Shown: positions 19,212 through 30,474, numbered from the stretch's first letter. The stretch is 64,000 nucleotides of DNA from an uncultured Acidobacteriaceae bacterium (GCA_963793885.1 CAWCBQ010000003.1:974456-1038455), one strand, 5' to 3'. Notes: generated from the letters alone by a model not told the origin. Translations and numbers: made by a program.

Positions 19212-20414
19212 TCAGTAGAGGCGGAAGTTCACTTCAACGTTCACCTGAACGGGCACAGGCGTTTTGCCGTCCCTCATGGCGGGCTTGAACTTGTATCTGC
19301 GCACCGCCTCCATGGCCTTCTCGTCCAGTCCCATGCCCAGCGCGCGCACAATATGCACATTCTGGGGGTTTCCCTGGGTATCGACAATCAGGGAGACCAG
19401 GCAGACACCCTGATACTTGGCGCGGCGGGCTTCATCGGAGAACTCCGCCTCAGGCTGGAAGAGGGGAACGGGCGCCGAAACCCTGCCGCCGACCTGCGCC
19501 AGGCCGCCGCCGGTATTCCATCCCGAACCCGGCCCATAGCCAATGCCGTTGCCCGAACCGAGGCCGCCACCGCTGCCGGAACCCATACCTCCGCCGTTTC
19601 CTGTTCCGTTGGAGAGGACGACGTTGATGCCGCTCTTCATGCCGATATTGGGCAGGTCGGGGTTGTCGGGGAGCTTGATGTCCTTCTGCACGTCGATGGC
19701 GGAGGGCATGGCGATCTTGGGCTTGTCGAAGGTTTGCACCTGCGGCGGTACGATGGGGTCCTTCTCAATTTTGGGAAGCTTGCCTTTGCTGGCGTCGATG
19801 ATGCTTCGGTCGCCGCCACCACCACCGCCGCCTGCCCTGTTCTGGGCCTTGGGAGCGTTCCAATCGCCAACGTCGATTGCGGTGGCGTTCAAGAGGGGCT
19901 TATTGACCGTATCGACGATCTTTTTTCCGACAAAGAAGAGGACGACGATCAGGATCAACAAATTGACGGAGGTTGAAATGCCGATGGCCCAGGGATTGGG
20001 CTTGACGGCCATCCGGTCGGGCACCGGAATGGGAGTTGAGGTGAGCACCAGCGGAGGCAGCTTGCGGGGAAAGAAGACGTCCTGAATGCTTTCCCACAGG
20101 CCTACCCAGACGGGCGGCTCCTCGAATCCCTTGCCCATCAGAGCATTGAGAAGCTCATCGCCGCCGCCGGCGAGCGTTGGCGGCTGGGATTCCGTATCCG
20201 GCTGGGTCAGTATTTCGTTTGCCATAGTCGCTGCTGGTTCAGATGAGATGGGCTGCATGATTTCCGGCTCACAAGGGAGCTTACCTACGACCAAGCCCAA
20301 TAACCCATTATGCTTGACTGGCCCGGCACTTGTCTCGGAAGGAGTTCCCTCTTTTTGCTGAGATGCAGATTCCAGGGATTCATATTGCTGCCTGCTGGCG
20401 ATTCCCATAAACAA
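19212..20414 (-). CDS. energy transducer TonB family protein
   Basis: One TM (WAIGISTSVNLLILIVVLFFV), a Gly-rich linker, and a C-terminal TonB domain (PEAEFSDEARRAKYQGVCLVSLIVDTQGNPQNVHIVRALGMGLDEKAMEAVRRYKFKPAMRDGKPVPV). A possible later start is at 20225. Confidence 0.8.
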   Translation of the reverse strand: MFMGIASRQQYESLESASQQKEGTPSETSAGPVKHNGLLGLVVGKLPCEPEIMQPISSEPAATMANEILTQPDTESQPPTLAGGGDELLNALMGKGFEEPPVWVGLWESIQDVFFPRKLPPLVLTSTPIPVPDRMAVKPNPWAIGISTSVNLLILIVVLFFVGKKIVDTVNKPLLNATAIDVGDWNAPKAQNRAGGGGGGGDRSIIDASKGKLPKIEKDPIVPPQVQTFDKPKIAMPSAIDVQKDIKLPDNPDLPNIGMKSGINVVLSNGTGNGGGMGSGSGGGLGSGNGIGYGPGSGWNTGGGLAQVGGRVSAPVPLFQPEAEFSDEARRAKYQGVCLVSLIVDTQGNPQNVHIVRALGMGLDEKAMEAVRRYKFKPAMRDGKTPVPVQVNVEVNFRLY

Positions 20415-20476
20415 TAGACGGGCAGTTCGCCCGGTTTGTTACCCAAAATTCTTTCCTTGTCCATTTACACTGGATA

Positions 20477-23428
20477 ATGAACAAGTTTGCACCATCCCAC
20501 GGAGTGAAGATGCCCCCTACGCCGGAGCTGAAGGCGACCCTGACACTGCCGCAAACCGGCTTTCCGATGAAGGCCAACCTGCCCCAGAATGAACCTCTCC
20601 GGCTGGCCCGGTGGGCCTCGCTCGGGCTCTACGACGAACTGCGCAAGGCGGGCAAGGGACGGCCAGCCTACCTGCTGCACGACGGTCCGCCTTACGCCAA
20701 CGGCCCCATCCACCTAGGCCACGCGCTGAACAAGGGGCTGAAGGATTTTGTGGTCAAATCGAAGACCATGGCGGGGTTCGACGCGCCTTATGTGCCGGGA
20801 TACGACTGCCACGGGCTGCCGATCGAAATCAAGGTGGATGAAAGACTGGGACACAAAAAGCTGGAAATGCCCGTACCGGCGGTTCTGGAAGCCTGTCGAG
20901 AGTATGCCCAGAAGTATGTGGACCTACAGACCTCGCAGTTCGAGCGGATCGGCTGCCTGGGGCGTTGGGAGACGCCTTACAAAACCATGGCCCGCGACTA
21001 CGAGGCGCGCACCCTGGAGGCCTTCTACGGGTTCCTTGAAAAGGGCTTTGTGTATCGCGGACTGAAGCCGGTGTACTGGTGCATCCATGACCGTACGGCG
21101 CTGGCCGAAGCCGAGGTCGAGTACGAGATGCACACCAGCCCCTCGGTCTACGTTCGCTACAAGCTGACTTCAGACCCGGCTGCGATTGCTCCGGCGCTGG
21201 CCGGCCGCAACGTGTGGACCATCATCTGGACGACCACGCCGTGGACTCTGCCGGCGTCGATGGCCGTAGCCTTCCATCCCGACTTCGACTATGTGGCGCT
21301 GGCTGCCGGAGAAGGCGCGGAGGCGCCGGTGTACATTGTGGCGGCAGCGCTGGCTGAAAAGGTGGCCACGTCCTGCAAACTCGGCGAGACGACGGAGATC
21401 GCGCGCTTCAAGGGGGCGGCGCTGGAGCGCGTGACGTTCCAGCATCCGTTTTTGGAGCGCAGCATTCTGGGTGTGCTCGCCGACTACGTTACTGCCGATA
21501 CGGGAACCGGCGCGGTACACACAGCGCCCTCGCACGGAGCCGACGATTTCTATACCGGGCAGCGCTACAACCTGGACCCGGTCTGCCGCGTGGATGCGGG
21601 CGGACACATTCATTACGACGAGAGCGCGTGGCCGTTTGCGGCTCCGCCGGCCTTTGACGGGCTGAAGGTGTTTGCGGCCAATCCGGTGATAGTGGCCATG
21701 CTCGAAGAAAGAGGAGCGCTGTTGGCGGGCACGCTGCTGGAGCATTCCTATCCTCACTGCTGGCGCTGCCATCATCCGGTGATCTTCAGGGCGACGGAGC
21801 AGTGGTTTATTTCGCTCGATACGGAGATCGAACCGGCGAAAGGCGGGAAGAAGACCTTCCGCGATCTGGCGATCGAGGAGATCGACAAGGTGGTGTGGGA
21901 CCCAGCCTGGGGCAAGGAGCGGATCACAAACATGATCGCCACGCGTCCCGACTGGTGCATCAGCCGGCAGCGCATCTGGGGGGTTCCGATCGCGGTGTTC
22001 ATGTGCCAGGCGTGCGAGAAGCCGCTGCTGGACCATGCGCTGAACGCCAAAATTGTGCGGCTGTTTGAGAATGAGGGCGCGGAAGCCTGGCATACGACGG
22101 AGACCGCGAGCTTGCTGCCCTCTGGCGCCGCGTGCGCTCACTGCGGAGGCAAGCAGTTCCGCAAAGAGACCGACATTCTGGATGTGTGGTTCGACTCCGG
22201 GGTAAGCTGGTTCGCGGTTTGCGAGAGCGACGCCGAGATGAAGCCGATCTATGCGAGTTTTGAAGAAGGCTCACCGACGGAGGTTTTGTATCTCGAAGGC
22301 GGAGACCAGCATCGGGGCTGGTTTCACTCTTCCCTGCTGACTTCGGTGGCATTGCGCGGACGCGCACCTTACTCGCGCGTGGCAACGGCCGGATGGACGC
22401 TCGACGAGCAGGGGCGCGCGATGTCAAAGTCGCTCGGCAACGGTGTGGACCCGGTGGACATTGCCAACCGGATGGGCGGGGAGATCGTTCGGCTGTGGGT
22501 CGCCTCTGTAGACTTCCGCGAGGACATGGCCGCCAGTGAGAACCTGATGCAGCGGTGCGCGGAGCTTTATCGCAAGCTGCGCAACACATTTCGCTTTCTG
22601 CTGGGAAATCTGAACGGATTTTCGCCGGAGTGCGACCGGGTTGCCGAGGCGGAGTTGCTGCCGCTGGACCGTTACATGCTGGCACGCACGCGCGAACTGG
22701 CGGAGAAGATTCTTGGCTGGTATGAGGGCTTCGAGTTTCATCGCGTGTACCAGGCGGTGAACGAGTTCGCGATTGTGGATCTGAGCTCGTTCTATCTGGA
22801 TGTTTTGAAGGACCGGATGTATACCTTTGCGCCGACGAGCCTGGAACGGCGCTCGGCGCAGACTGTGCTGTGGCAGATAACAGAGGCGCTGGTGCGGCTG
22901 GTGGCGCCGATCCTGAGCTTTACCGCGGATGAGGTGTGGGAGTATCTGCCGCAGGCAGCGGGGCGCGAGACGAGCGTGCACCTGGCACTGTTTCCCAGGC
23001 CGAAGGAGATCTTCTCGGAAGATCCGGCGAAGCTGCTGGAGGAGTGGAAGCAGTTGTTCGCGGTGCGCGACGAGGCGCTGCGGGTGCTGGAAGAAGAGCG
23101 GCAGGCCAAGCGCATCGGCAAGGCACTGGAGGCGGAACTTGAAATCACGGCCTCGGGCCCGCAGTTGGCGCTGCTTCAGCGTCACTCGGCGGGGCTGAAG
23201 GAAGTGATCAACGTCTCGGCCGTTCATGTGCTGGCTGGGAAGGCGGCGGAAGTGTCGGCGCTGACAGTCAAGGTGCTGCCGGCGAGCGGAATGAAGTGCG
23301 CACGCTGCTGGAACTTCATGCCCGTGGTTGGGGATTACGGCATCTGGCAGAATGTGTGCACACGCTGCCAAGACGCGTTGACGGAGATGGGGATTGCCAG
23401 GCCCGAGCCCGCGGAGGCAGCCCAATGA
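20477..23428 (+). CDS. ileS: isoleucine--tRNA ligase (type 1, C-terminal Zn finger)
   Basis: PPYANGPIHLGH (HIGH), KMSKSLGN (KMSKS), editing-domain motifs, C-terminal CARCWNF...CTRC. Alternative start at 20510. Confidence 0.97.
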   Translation: MNKFAPSHGVKMPPTPELKATLTLPQTGFPMKANLPQNEPLRLARWASLGLYDELRKAGKGRPAYLLHDGPPYANGPIHLGHALNKGLKDFVVKSKTMAGFDAPYVPGYDCHGLPIEIKVDERLGHKKLEMPVPAVLEACREYAQKYVDLQTSQFERIGCLGRWETPYKTMARDYEARTLEAFYGFLEKGFVYRGLKPVYWCIHDRTALAEAEVEYEMHTSPSVYVRYKLTSDPAAIAPALAGRNVWTIIWTTTPWTLPASMAVAFHPDFDYVALAAGEGAEAPVYIVAAALAEKVATSCKLGETTEIARFKGAALERVTFQHPFLERSILGVLADYVTADTGTGAVHTAPSHGADDFYTGQRYNLDPVCRVDAGGHIHYDESAWPFAAPPAFDGLKVFAANPVIVAMLEERGALLAGTLLEHSYPHCWRCHHPVIFRATEQWFISLDTEIEPAKGGKKTFRDLAIEEIDKVVWDPAWGKERITNMIATRPDWCISRQRIWGVPIAVFMCQACEKPLLDHALNAKIVRLFENEGAEAWHTTETASLLPSGAACAHCGGKQFRKETDILDVWFDSGVSWFAVCESDAEMKPIYASFEEGSPTEVLYLEGGDQHRGWFHSSLLTSVALRGRAPYSRVATAGWTLDEQGRAMSKSLGNGVDPVDIANRMGGEIVRLWVASVDFREDMAASENLMQRCAELYRKLRNTFRFLLGNLNGFSPECDRVAEAELLPLDRYMLARTRELAEKILGWYEGFEFHRVYQAVNEFAIVDLSSFYLDVLKDRMYTFAPTSLERRSAQTVLWQITEALVRLVAPILSFTADEVWEYLPQAAGRETSVHLALFPRPKEIFSEDPAKLLEEWKQLFAVRDEALRVLEEERQAKRIGKALEAELEITASGPQLALLQRHSAGLKEVINVSAVHVLAGKAAEVSALTVKVLPASGMKCARCWNFMPVVGDYGIWQNVCTRCQDALTEMGIARPEPAEAAQ

Positions 23429-23931
23429 AATTTACCGCGCCGCGGCGGCTCGGGTGGCTGCTAGGCCTGTCGGCCCTGGATGTGCTCGCCGACCGCCTGA
23501 CCAAAATCTGGGTAAGCAATCACATTCCCATAGGCGGCGCCATTCCGGTGATTCCGCGGGTGCTGCGCATTACGCACTGGAACAACGACGGGGCGGCATT
23601 TTCACTGTTCGCCGATTCCGCGTCGCCGCACACAGTGCGCTGGGTCCTGATCGTGTTTTCGCTGGTCGCGGCGCTGGTGGTTCTGGCCGCGATGGTTCGC
23701 CTGGGCAGCCGCTTTACGCTGACCACGATTGCGCTGGCGCTGGTGTTTGCCGGGGCGCTGGGGAACGTTCACGACCGCATCGCTTATGGTTCAGTCGTCG
23801 ACTTTATCGAAGTGCATATCTTCACTTATCATTGGCCCGACTTCAATGTTGCCGACTCGTCGGTGGTGATAGGCGCGTGCCTGCTGATGCTGGACTCGTT
23901 TCTGCCCGGCAAACATGCGGAAGGCATATAA
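23425..23931 (+). CDS. lspA: lipoprotein signal peptidase (signal peptidase II)
   Basis: ATG overlaps the ileS stop (ATGA). WNNDGAAFS and VVDFIEVH...WPDFNVADS are LspA motifs. This is the classical ileS-lspA arrangement. Confidence 0.9.
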   Translation: MKFTAPRRLGWLLGLSALDVLADRLTKIWVSNHIPIGGAIPVIPRVLRITHWNNDGAAFSLFADSASPHTVRWVLIVFSLVAALVVLAAMVRLGSRFTLTTIALALVFAGALGNVHDRIAYGSVVDFIEVHIFTYHWPDFNVADSSVVIGACLLMLDSFLPGKHAEGI

Positions 23932-23950
23932 CCCGTTCAAAGAGGATTCC

Positions 23951-26578
23951 ATGAAGAACCAATTTTCTGCTCTTATGCTGCGCATTTTCTTTTTTGTAGC
24001 GCCGGCACTTGCCCTGGCTTTATTGACCTCGCCTGGCACCGCCAGCGCCGAGCGGCTTCCTACGACCGTGCTCCCGGCGCACTACGCGCTTACGCTTACG
24101 CCCGATCTGAAGACGGCCACCTTCAGCGGCAAGGAAACGATCGACGTGACGTTGAGCGAGCCGACGGACCACATTACGCTGAATGCGCTTGAGATCACTT
24201 TCCAGTCGGTCAGCGTGTCGGCGGCGGGCAAGGGATTGAAGGCCGCGGTGACGTTGGACAAGGACAAGGAGGAGGCCACCTTCACCTTTTCTGAAAAGCT
24301 CCCCGCCGGCAAGGCCACGCTTACCATTGCTTACACCGGCATTCTGAACGACAAACTGCGCGGGTTCTATTTGTCGAAGGCAGACCGGCGCAATTACGCG
24401 GTTACGCAATTTGAATCCACCGATGCCCGTCGCGCTTTTCCCAGCTTTGACGAGCCGGCCTTCAAGGCAACTTTTGATATCACCCTCATCATCGACGCCG
24501 GCGACACCGGCATTTCCAATGGCCCCATCGTGAGCGACACGCCCGGCCCGGGAGCGGACAAGCACACTCTTAAATTTCTCACCTCGCCAAAGATGTCGAC
24601 CTACCTGGTCGCCTTTCTGGTGGGGGACTTCAAGTGCACGGCGGGCGACGAGGACGGCGTGGCGATCAGGGTTTGCTCGACGCCGGACAAGGTGGCCTTC
24701 ACCCCCTTCGGGCTGGATGTCGCCAAATATATCCTGCACTACTACGACAACTACTTCGGGATTCACTACCCTCTCAAGAAGCTGGACCTGATTGGCATTC
24801 CGGACTTCGAGGCTGGGGCGATGGAAAATTTTGGCGCGATTACCTTTCGCGAAAGCGATCTGCTGCTGGACCCCAAGACCGCCTCGCTGCGGGCGAAGAA
24901 GAACGCGGCCATCGACATTGCGCATGAGATGGCCCACCAGTGGTTCGGCGACCTGGTGACGATGAAGTGGTGGGACAACACGTGGCTCAACGAGGGCTTT
25001 GCCACGTGGATGGAGAATAAGTCAATCGCGTTGATGCACCCGGAGTGGAATATCGACGAGGGCATTGCCGGCGATGAAGATGAAACGCTGAATATTGACG
25101 CCATGCCGACCACACGCGCCATCCGCGCCAAGGCGGACACACGCGACGAGATTGAAGAGATGTTCGACAGCATGTCCTATGGCAAAGCCAGCGACGTGCT
25201 GCTCACGGTGGAGAATTACGAGGGAGCGGAGACGTTTCGCAAAGGCGTTCACGCCTACCTACTGGCGCATCTCTACGGGAACGCGACGGCGGAGGATTTT
25301 TGGAACGCGCAGACGGCGGCCAGTCACAAGCCGATCGATCGGATCATGGATTCTCTGATCGCCCAGCCCGGGGAGCCGATTGTTACCTTTGGCGAGCCCT
25401 CGGGCGGACGGGTTTCAGTGAAACAGATGCGCTTCTTCCTGAGCGCCAGCGATAAGGCCGACCCCAAACAGAAGTGGACGTTCCCTGTGTGCTTCAAGAC
25501 GGGTGCGAACTCGGAGGCGTGCCAGGTGGTTACGCCTGAAACGACAAGCCTCAAGATTCCCGGCAAGGGCTTGTTTTTCGCAAATGCCGAGGCCAAGGGC
25601 TACTATCGCAGCGCGTATCCGCCCAATGTTTACGCGGCGTTGGTTTCATCGGTGGAGACGGGGCTGACTCCCGCGGAGCGCATCAGCCTGACGGGCGACG
25701 AGTGGGCGCAGGTCCGTTCAGACAAGGCCACAGTTGGCAATTACCTCAGCCTGGCCGAAGCGCTCAAGGCAGATCCAGACGAAGCCGTCATCGAAAGCGT
25801 GATTGGCGGACTCGGCGCCATCGATGAGCGCGTGGCGGCAACTGCGGAAGAGAAAGCTGAGCTTGCCGGCTGGGTTCGGCGCACGTATACGCCCGTCTAC
25901 GCCAAGCTGGGACCGCCTGCGCCCGGCGACTCGCCGAACACGCGCGAGTTGCGCTCGCATCTGTTCGGCGTTCTCGGTTACTACGGCAAAGATCCCGCCG
26001 TGCTTGCCGATGCCGATCGCATAACCGAGCAATACCTCGCCGATCCCGCGTCGGTCGATCCAACTCTTGGGCAGACGGCTGCCGCGATTGCCGCGCGCAA
26101 TGGCAACGCCGCACTGTTCGACAAGCTCCAGAAGGTGTATGAAACCTCGACGAATCCGGAGCTAAAGACGGGCGCGCTCGAAATGCTGGCATTGTTTGAG
26201 GATCCGGCCCTCGCCCAGCGTTCGCTGGACTACGCCGTCTCAGGAGCGGTGCGCAACCAGGACGCGGCCATCCAGATCGCCATCTCGCTGCAGGGCGATG
26301 CGACGCGTGAACTGGCCTGGGGATTTGTGAAGAGCCATTGGGACAAGGTGCAGACTCTGCTGACACCGGAGATGGGTGAGATCCTGGGGAGTGCCACGGG
26401 CAGTTTTTGCTCTGCCGAAGCCCGCGATGACGTGAAGAGCTTCTTTGCGACTCACAAGGTGCCGGCCGGCGAAACCGCGGTAAAGCACGCGACTCAGCGC
26501 ATCGACGGCTGCATCGAGTTTCGCTCTGAACAGGAGTCTAACTTAAAACAGTGGCTGGCCACGCAACCGAGATCGTGA
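23951..26578 (+). CDS. M1 family zinc aminopeptidase (aminopeptidase N-like), secreted
   Basis: Signal peptide, GAMENFG exopeptidase motif, HEMAHQWFG-x17-WLNEGFA zinc site, ERAP1-like C-terminal domain. Confidence 0.9.
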   Translation: MKNQFSALMLRIFFFVAPALALALLTSPGTASAERLPTTVLPAHYALTLTPDLKTATFSGKETIDVTLSEPTDHITLNALEITFQSVSVSAAGKGLKAAVTLDKDKEEATFTFSEKLPAGKATLTIAYTGILNDKLRGFYLSKADRRNYAVTQFESTDARRAFPSFDEPAFKATFDITLIIDAGDTGISNGPIVSDTPGPGADKHTLKFLTSPKMSTYLVAFLVGDFKCTAGDEDGVAIRVCSTPDKVAFTPFGLDVAKYILHYYDNYFGIHYPLKKLDLIGIPDFEAGAMENFGAITFRESDLLLDPKTASLRAKKNAAIDIAHEMAHQWFGDLVTMKWWDNTWLNEGFATWMENKSIALMHPEWNIDEGIAGDEDETLNIDAMPTTRAIRAKADTRDEIEEMFDSMSYGKASDVLLTVENYEGAETFRKGVHAYLLAHLYGNATAEDFWNAQTAASHKPIDRIMDSLIAQPGEPIVTFGEPSGGRVSVKQMRFFLSASDKADPKQKWTFPVCFKTGANSEACQVVTPETTSLKIPGKGLFFANAEAKGYYRSAYPPNVYAALVSSVETGLTPAERISLTGDEWAQVRSDKATVGNYLSLAEALKADPDEAVIESVIGGLGAIDERVAATAEEKAELAGWVRRTYTPVYAKLGPPAPGDSPNTRELRSHLFGVLGYYGKDPAVLADADRITEQYLADPASVDPTLGQTAAAIAARNGNAALFDKLQKVYETSTNPELKTGALEMLALFEDPALAQRSLDYAVSGAVRNQDAAIQIAISLQGDATRELAWGFVKSHWDKVQTLLTPEMGEILGSATGSFCSAEARDDVKSFFATHKVPAGETAVKHATQRIDGCIEFRSEQESNLKQWLATQPRS

Positions 26579-26685
26579 AGAGAGACTGGATGTGGTGCTA
26601 CGGCCGGACTCTCCCAGGTCTCAGAATCGAGACTTGGGGCACCCAGCCGGAAATGTGAAGCGAGACTGGCGCGACACACGCTCTA

Positions 26686-29373
26686 CTACAGATCCCGCCA
26701 GTTGGGGCCGAAGCCGAGGTCGGCGACCAGCGGGACTTTGAGCTTTGCAACCCCTTCCATCTCCGTGCGCACCAGCTTTTCCACTTCGTCCTTTTCTGAC
26801 GATGGGACTTCGAAGATAAGTTCGTCGTGCACCTGCAGGATCATGCGGGTCTGGAGCCTGCGTTCAGCCAACTGACGGTCGATGGCGATCATGGCGAGCT
26901 TGATGAGATCGGCAGCGGTGCCCTGCAGCGGCGTGTTGATGGCGGTGCGCTCGGCGAATCCGCGCTGGTTGGGGTTGCGGCTTTCCATGTCGGGAATGGG
27001 GCGCATTCTTCCGAACAGAGTGCGCACGAAACCATCGCGCCGCACCTGCACCAGCGTTTCTTCGATGAAGGTCTTCACACCGGCATAGCGGACAAAGTAA
27101 CGATCGATGTAAGCCTTCGCTTCGGCCTGGGGAATGCCCAATTGCGCGGCGAGGCCAAAGGCGGAGATTCCGTAGACGATGCCGAAGTTGACGGCCTTGG
27201 CCCTGCCGCGGGTCTCCTTATCCATGGTTTCAGCGGGCACGCCGAAGACCTCACTCGCTGTGAGGGTGTGAATATCGATGTTCTCTTGGTAGGCCCGCAT
27301 CAGCAGGGGGTCGTCGCTGAAGTGCGCGAGCAAACGCAGTTCAATCTGCGAATAATCGGCTGACAAAAGTTCGGTTCCCGGCGCCGCGGTGAAGGCGGCT
27401 CGAATTTCGCGGCCCAACTCAGTGCGGATGGGAATGTTCTGCAGGTTCGGATTGACGGACGACAAGCGTCCCGTGGCCGTGGCCGCGGCCTGGAAGGTGG
27501 TGTGGACGCGCGATTGGGCGTCGGCCAACAGCGGCAGGGCGTCAATGTAATTGGATTTGAGTTTGGAGAGATGGCGGTATTCGAGCACGAGGCGCGGAAC
27601 TTCGCTCTGTTCGGCCAATTGCTCGAGCACGTCCTGCGCGGTGGAAAGATTCTTGCTTTTGCCGCGGCTGGCAGGCGCGGCCAGACCCAGATGGGTGAAC
27701 AAAACCTCGCCAAGCTGCTTGGGCGAGTTGATGTTGAAACGCCTTCCGGCGAGCTCGAAAATTCTCTCGCCAACCCGTTCCAGTTCCAGGCCGAAGCGTT
27801 TGGAAAGATCGTCGAGGACGGCGGTATCGATGCGGACTCCGGCCTGCTCCATGCGATAGAGGACGGGCGCAAGCGGAAGATCAATCTCCCGATAAACTCG
27901 CTCGACGCCCGACTCTTTTGAGGCAGCCAGCAGCACGGGGACCAGGGCGGAGATGGCGACGGCTGCGGCGACTTGCGAGACCGGCGCAGGCTGCCCGTGG
28001 CGCGCCGCCACATCGGCCAACGCCTGCGTGGCGTGTGTGGGATTGAGCCCATAGGAGAGCAGCATGGTGTCGTCGATTGGGCCGTGCAAGGCTATGCCTT
28101 TTTCGTCAAGAAGATGCAGGGATAACTTCAAGTCATGTGTCTGCTTTGGAACGGCGGTGTCTGCAAGCAGCTTGCGCAACTCAGGCGAGGGCGGAAGTTT
28201 GAGGGCTCTGCCAGGCTCCGCGCAGACACCGAGGGCGAAGACGGCGCGCTTGCCTTCAGCCTCGGCCAAATCGAGGAGGGATTGCGCGGGCGGCGGGTCT
28301 TCCTGGTCGGCTGGCGAGGATGGCTGCGCTGCGTCGAGGGCAAAGGCAAAGCCCTGCGCCTGAGCTGAGCGATAAAATTGGGCGGCCTGCTCCGGAGTTG
28401 GTTCTGCGATCAACTCGACGGAGGTGGAGCCCGCTGCAGGCGCAAGCTCGCGGAGCATCGAAGTGAACTCCAGCTCCGTAAACAGTTCGCGGCATGCCTC
28501 GATGTCGAGCGCCTGCGTCTCCATTGCTGTGAGGTCGAGGCTGAGCGGCACATGACTGTCGATGGTGACCAGTTCCTTGGAGAGCAGGACGGCATCGCGA
28601 TTCTGCTCAAGTGACTCGCGATAGGTTTTGCGCTTAACCTCAGAGGCGCGATCGAGAACCGCCTCAACGCTGCCAAATTCGCGGATCAACTCCACGCTTC
28701 CCTTGTCGCCGATGCCGGGCGCGCCGGGAATATTATCGACCGAGTCGCCGCGCAGGGCCATCACATCCACAACTTTCTCCGGTGGCAGGCCCAGGGTCTC
28801 AGTGACCCCCGCGGGGTCGAGGATCATGTTGTCCTTTTGCGGATTGAGAATCTTCACCTGGGGGGTGACGAGCTGCATCATGTCCTTGTCGCCAGAGACA
28901 ATGAAGACTTCGTGCGCCTGTTCGGCAGCTTGGCGCGCGAGGGTGCCGATGACGTCGTCGGCTTCAAATCCTACGGCTTCAAGGATGGGAATCTTGAGGG
29001 CTTCAAGGGCGCGTCGAATATAGGGGATCTGGCGGCGCAAATCCTCGGGCATGGCTTCTCGATTGGCCTTGTAGCCTTCGTAGCTAATCTCCTCGAAGGC
29101 TTGAGATTTGCTGTTCCACTTGCGCAGCGGGCCCATGGTGCGTGCGCGCTCATCGCGAAAGACTTCGCCGCTCATATCGAAGACGGCCGCGAAGTAGCGC
29201 GGCGCGAAATCCTGGCGCAGCTTTTTAATCATGTTCACGAAGACATAGGTGGCCGCCGTGGGCAGCCCGGCGCGCGTGGACATGGGACGGCTGTGCTGCA
29301 TGGCGTGATAGGCGCGGAAGATGAACGACATGGTATCGAGCAGAAAGACGGGCGGTTTGGCTTGGTCAGGCAC
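26686..29373 (-). CDS. polA: DNA polymerase I
   Basis: 5'-3' exonuclease N-terminus (FLLDTMSFIFRAYHA, GDKDMMQL). Pol A motifs (DYSQIELRLLAH, RGRAKAVNFGIVYG, QVHDELIFE). Confidence 0.97.
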   Translation of the reverse strand: MPDQAKPPVFLLDTMSFIFRAYHAMQHSRPMSTRAGLPTAATYVFVNMIKKLRQDFAPRYFAAVFDMSGEVFRDERARTMGPLRKWNSKSQAFEEISYEGYKANREAMPEDLRRQIPYIRRALEALKIPILEAVGFEADDVIGTLARQAAEQAHEVFIVSGDKDMMQLVTPQVKILNPQKDNMILDPAGVTETLGLPPEKVVDVMALRGDSVDNIPGAPGIGDKGSVELIREFGSVEAVLDRASEVKRKTYRESLEQNRDAVLLSKELVTIDSHVPLSLDLTAMETQALDIEACRELFTELEFTSMLRELAPAAGSTSVELIAEPTPEQAAQFYRSAQAQGFAFALDAAQPSSPADQEDPPPAQSLLDLAEAEGKRAVFALGVCAEPGRALKLPPSPELRKLLADTAVPKQTHDLKLSLHLLDEKGIALHGPIDDTMLLSYGLNPTHATQALADVAARHGQPAPVSQVAAAVAISALVPVLLAASKESGVERVYREIDLPLAPVLYRMEQAGVRIDTAVLDDLSKRFGLELERVGERIFELAGRRFNINSPKQLGEVLFTHLGLAAPASRGKSKNLSTAQDVLEQLAEQSEVPRLVLEYRHLSKLKSNYIDALPLLADAQSRVHTTFQAAATATGRLSSVNPNLQNIPIRTELGREIRAAFTAAPGTELLSADYSQIELRLLAHFSDDPLLMRAYQENIDIHTLTASEVFGVPAETMDKETRGRAKAVNFGIVYGISAFGLAAQLGIPQAEAKAYIDRYFVRYAGVKTFIEETLVQVRRDGFVRTLFGRMRPIPDMESRNPNQRGFAERTAINTPLQGTAADLIKLAMIAIDRQLAERRLQTRMILQVHDELIFEVPSSEKDEVEKLVRTEMEGVAKLKVPLVADLGFGPNWRDL

Positions 29374-29397
29374 GCTACAGAGTTTAGCAGCGTTCGA

Positions 29398-30474
29398 TCA
29401 CTGGACAAACATGCAATCGCCATAGCTGAAGAAGCGGTACCTCTCCGCGACGGCATGGCGGTAGGCGGCCAGTACCGGCTCGCGGCCCGCGAAGGCGCTG
29501 ACCAGCATCAAGAGGCTGGATTGCGGCAGGTGAAAGTTGGTGAGCAGTGCGCCCACAAGTCGAAACCGGAAGCCGGGGGAGATGAAGATCTCTGTTTCTC
29601 CGGAATGCGGCTTGATGGCCGCGCCGGCGGCCTGCAGCGCGGAATGCTCGAGGGTGCGCACAACGGTGGTGCCGACGGCGACAATTCTTCGGCCTTCGCA
29701 GGCTGCCCGATTGACGGCCTCTGCCGCGGGGGCGCTCAAGGAATAGCGTTCGCGGTGCAGGCGCACATCGTCCAGTCGGTCAACGCGCAGAGGAGCAAAG
29801 GTACCGAGGCCGACGTGGAGGGTGATGCGCGCGGCTTCAACGCCACGTGCGGAGAGCTCGCTGAGGGTCTGATCAGTAAAGTGCAGACCGGCCGTGGGCG
29901 CGGCCACTGAACCACGGTCGCGCGCAAAGACGGTCTGATAACGCTCGCGATCCTCGACTGCATCTTTGCGGCGGATATAGGGCGGCAAGGGCATGTGGCC
30001 GATCTGATCGAGGATTTGAAAGAAATCGTTCGAGGGCGAGAATTGCAGCAGACGCTCGCCGAATTTTCCGCGTTCGAGGACTTCAGCTTCGAGCAGGATT
30101 TCGCCATCGGGAGCGGGAAAGACGAGGCGTTCGCCGATGGCGACCTTTCTGCCTGGCCTGACGAGAGCGTGCCAGAGATGGTCGCCGGCAGGCTCGGTGA
30201 GCAGAACTTCGATGCGACCGGTGGGCTTATCATGATCGCGCAGCATGGTGCGGCGGGCGTATAGACGGGCGGGAATGACGCGGCTGTCGTTGAGGACCAG
30301 GAGATCGCCGGAACGGAGCAGCGATGGAAGATGGGAGAATTGCGTGTCGCGGAAGGCGCCATCAGCGCGGTTCATTAAAAGCATGCGGCTCGTGCCGCGC
30401 CGCTGGGGCGGTCGCTGCGCGATGAGTTCAGAAGGCAGATCGAAATCAAAGTCGGAGACGAGCAGACCGTTCAT
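29398..30474 (-). CDS. queA: tRNA preQ1(34) S-adenosylmethionine ribosyltransferase-isomerase
   Basis: [22 protein letters not shown]..., [30 protein letters not shown]. The track ORF extends spuriously upstream to 30798. Confidence 0.93.
   Translation of the reverse strand: MNGLLVSDFDFDLPSELIAQRPPQRRGTSRMLLMNRADGAFRDTQFSHLPSLLRSGDLLVLNDSRVIPARLYARRTMLRDHDKPTGRIEVLLTEPAGDHLWHALVRPGRKVAIGERLVFPAPDGEILLEAEVLERGKFGERLLQFSPSNDFFQILDQIGHMPLPPYIRRKDAVEDRERYQTVFARDRGSVAAPTAGLHFTDQTLSELSARGVEAARITLHVGLGTFAPLRVDRLDDVRLHRERYSLSAPAAEAVNRAACEGRRIVAVGTTVVRTLEHSALQAAGAAIKPHSGETEIFISPGFRFRLVGALLTNFHLPQSSLLMLVSAFAGREPVLAAYRHAVAERYRFFSYGDCMFVQ

Noticed and set aside
21170-23425. Two >320-aa minus-strand ORFs (21170-22141, 22424-23425)
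   Set aside because: Both lie entirely antisense within ileS. The composition is Arg/Pro/His-rich and nothing is recognisable. These are shadow ORFs.
26579-26685. Three GAGACTGG-like direct repeats between the M1 peptidase and polA
   Set aside because: They are short (8 nt), imperfect and irregularly spaced. I noted them as possible relatives of lineage-specific intergenic motifs, but there is not enough to call a feature.
28837-29910. 357-aa plus-strand ORF spanning the polA/queA junction
   Set aside because: Opposite strand to two well-supported genes. It crosses their intergenic gap only because GC-rich antisense frames lack stops.
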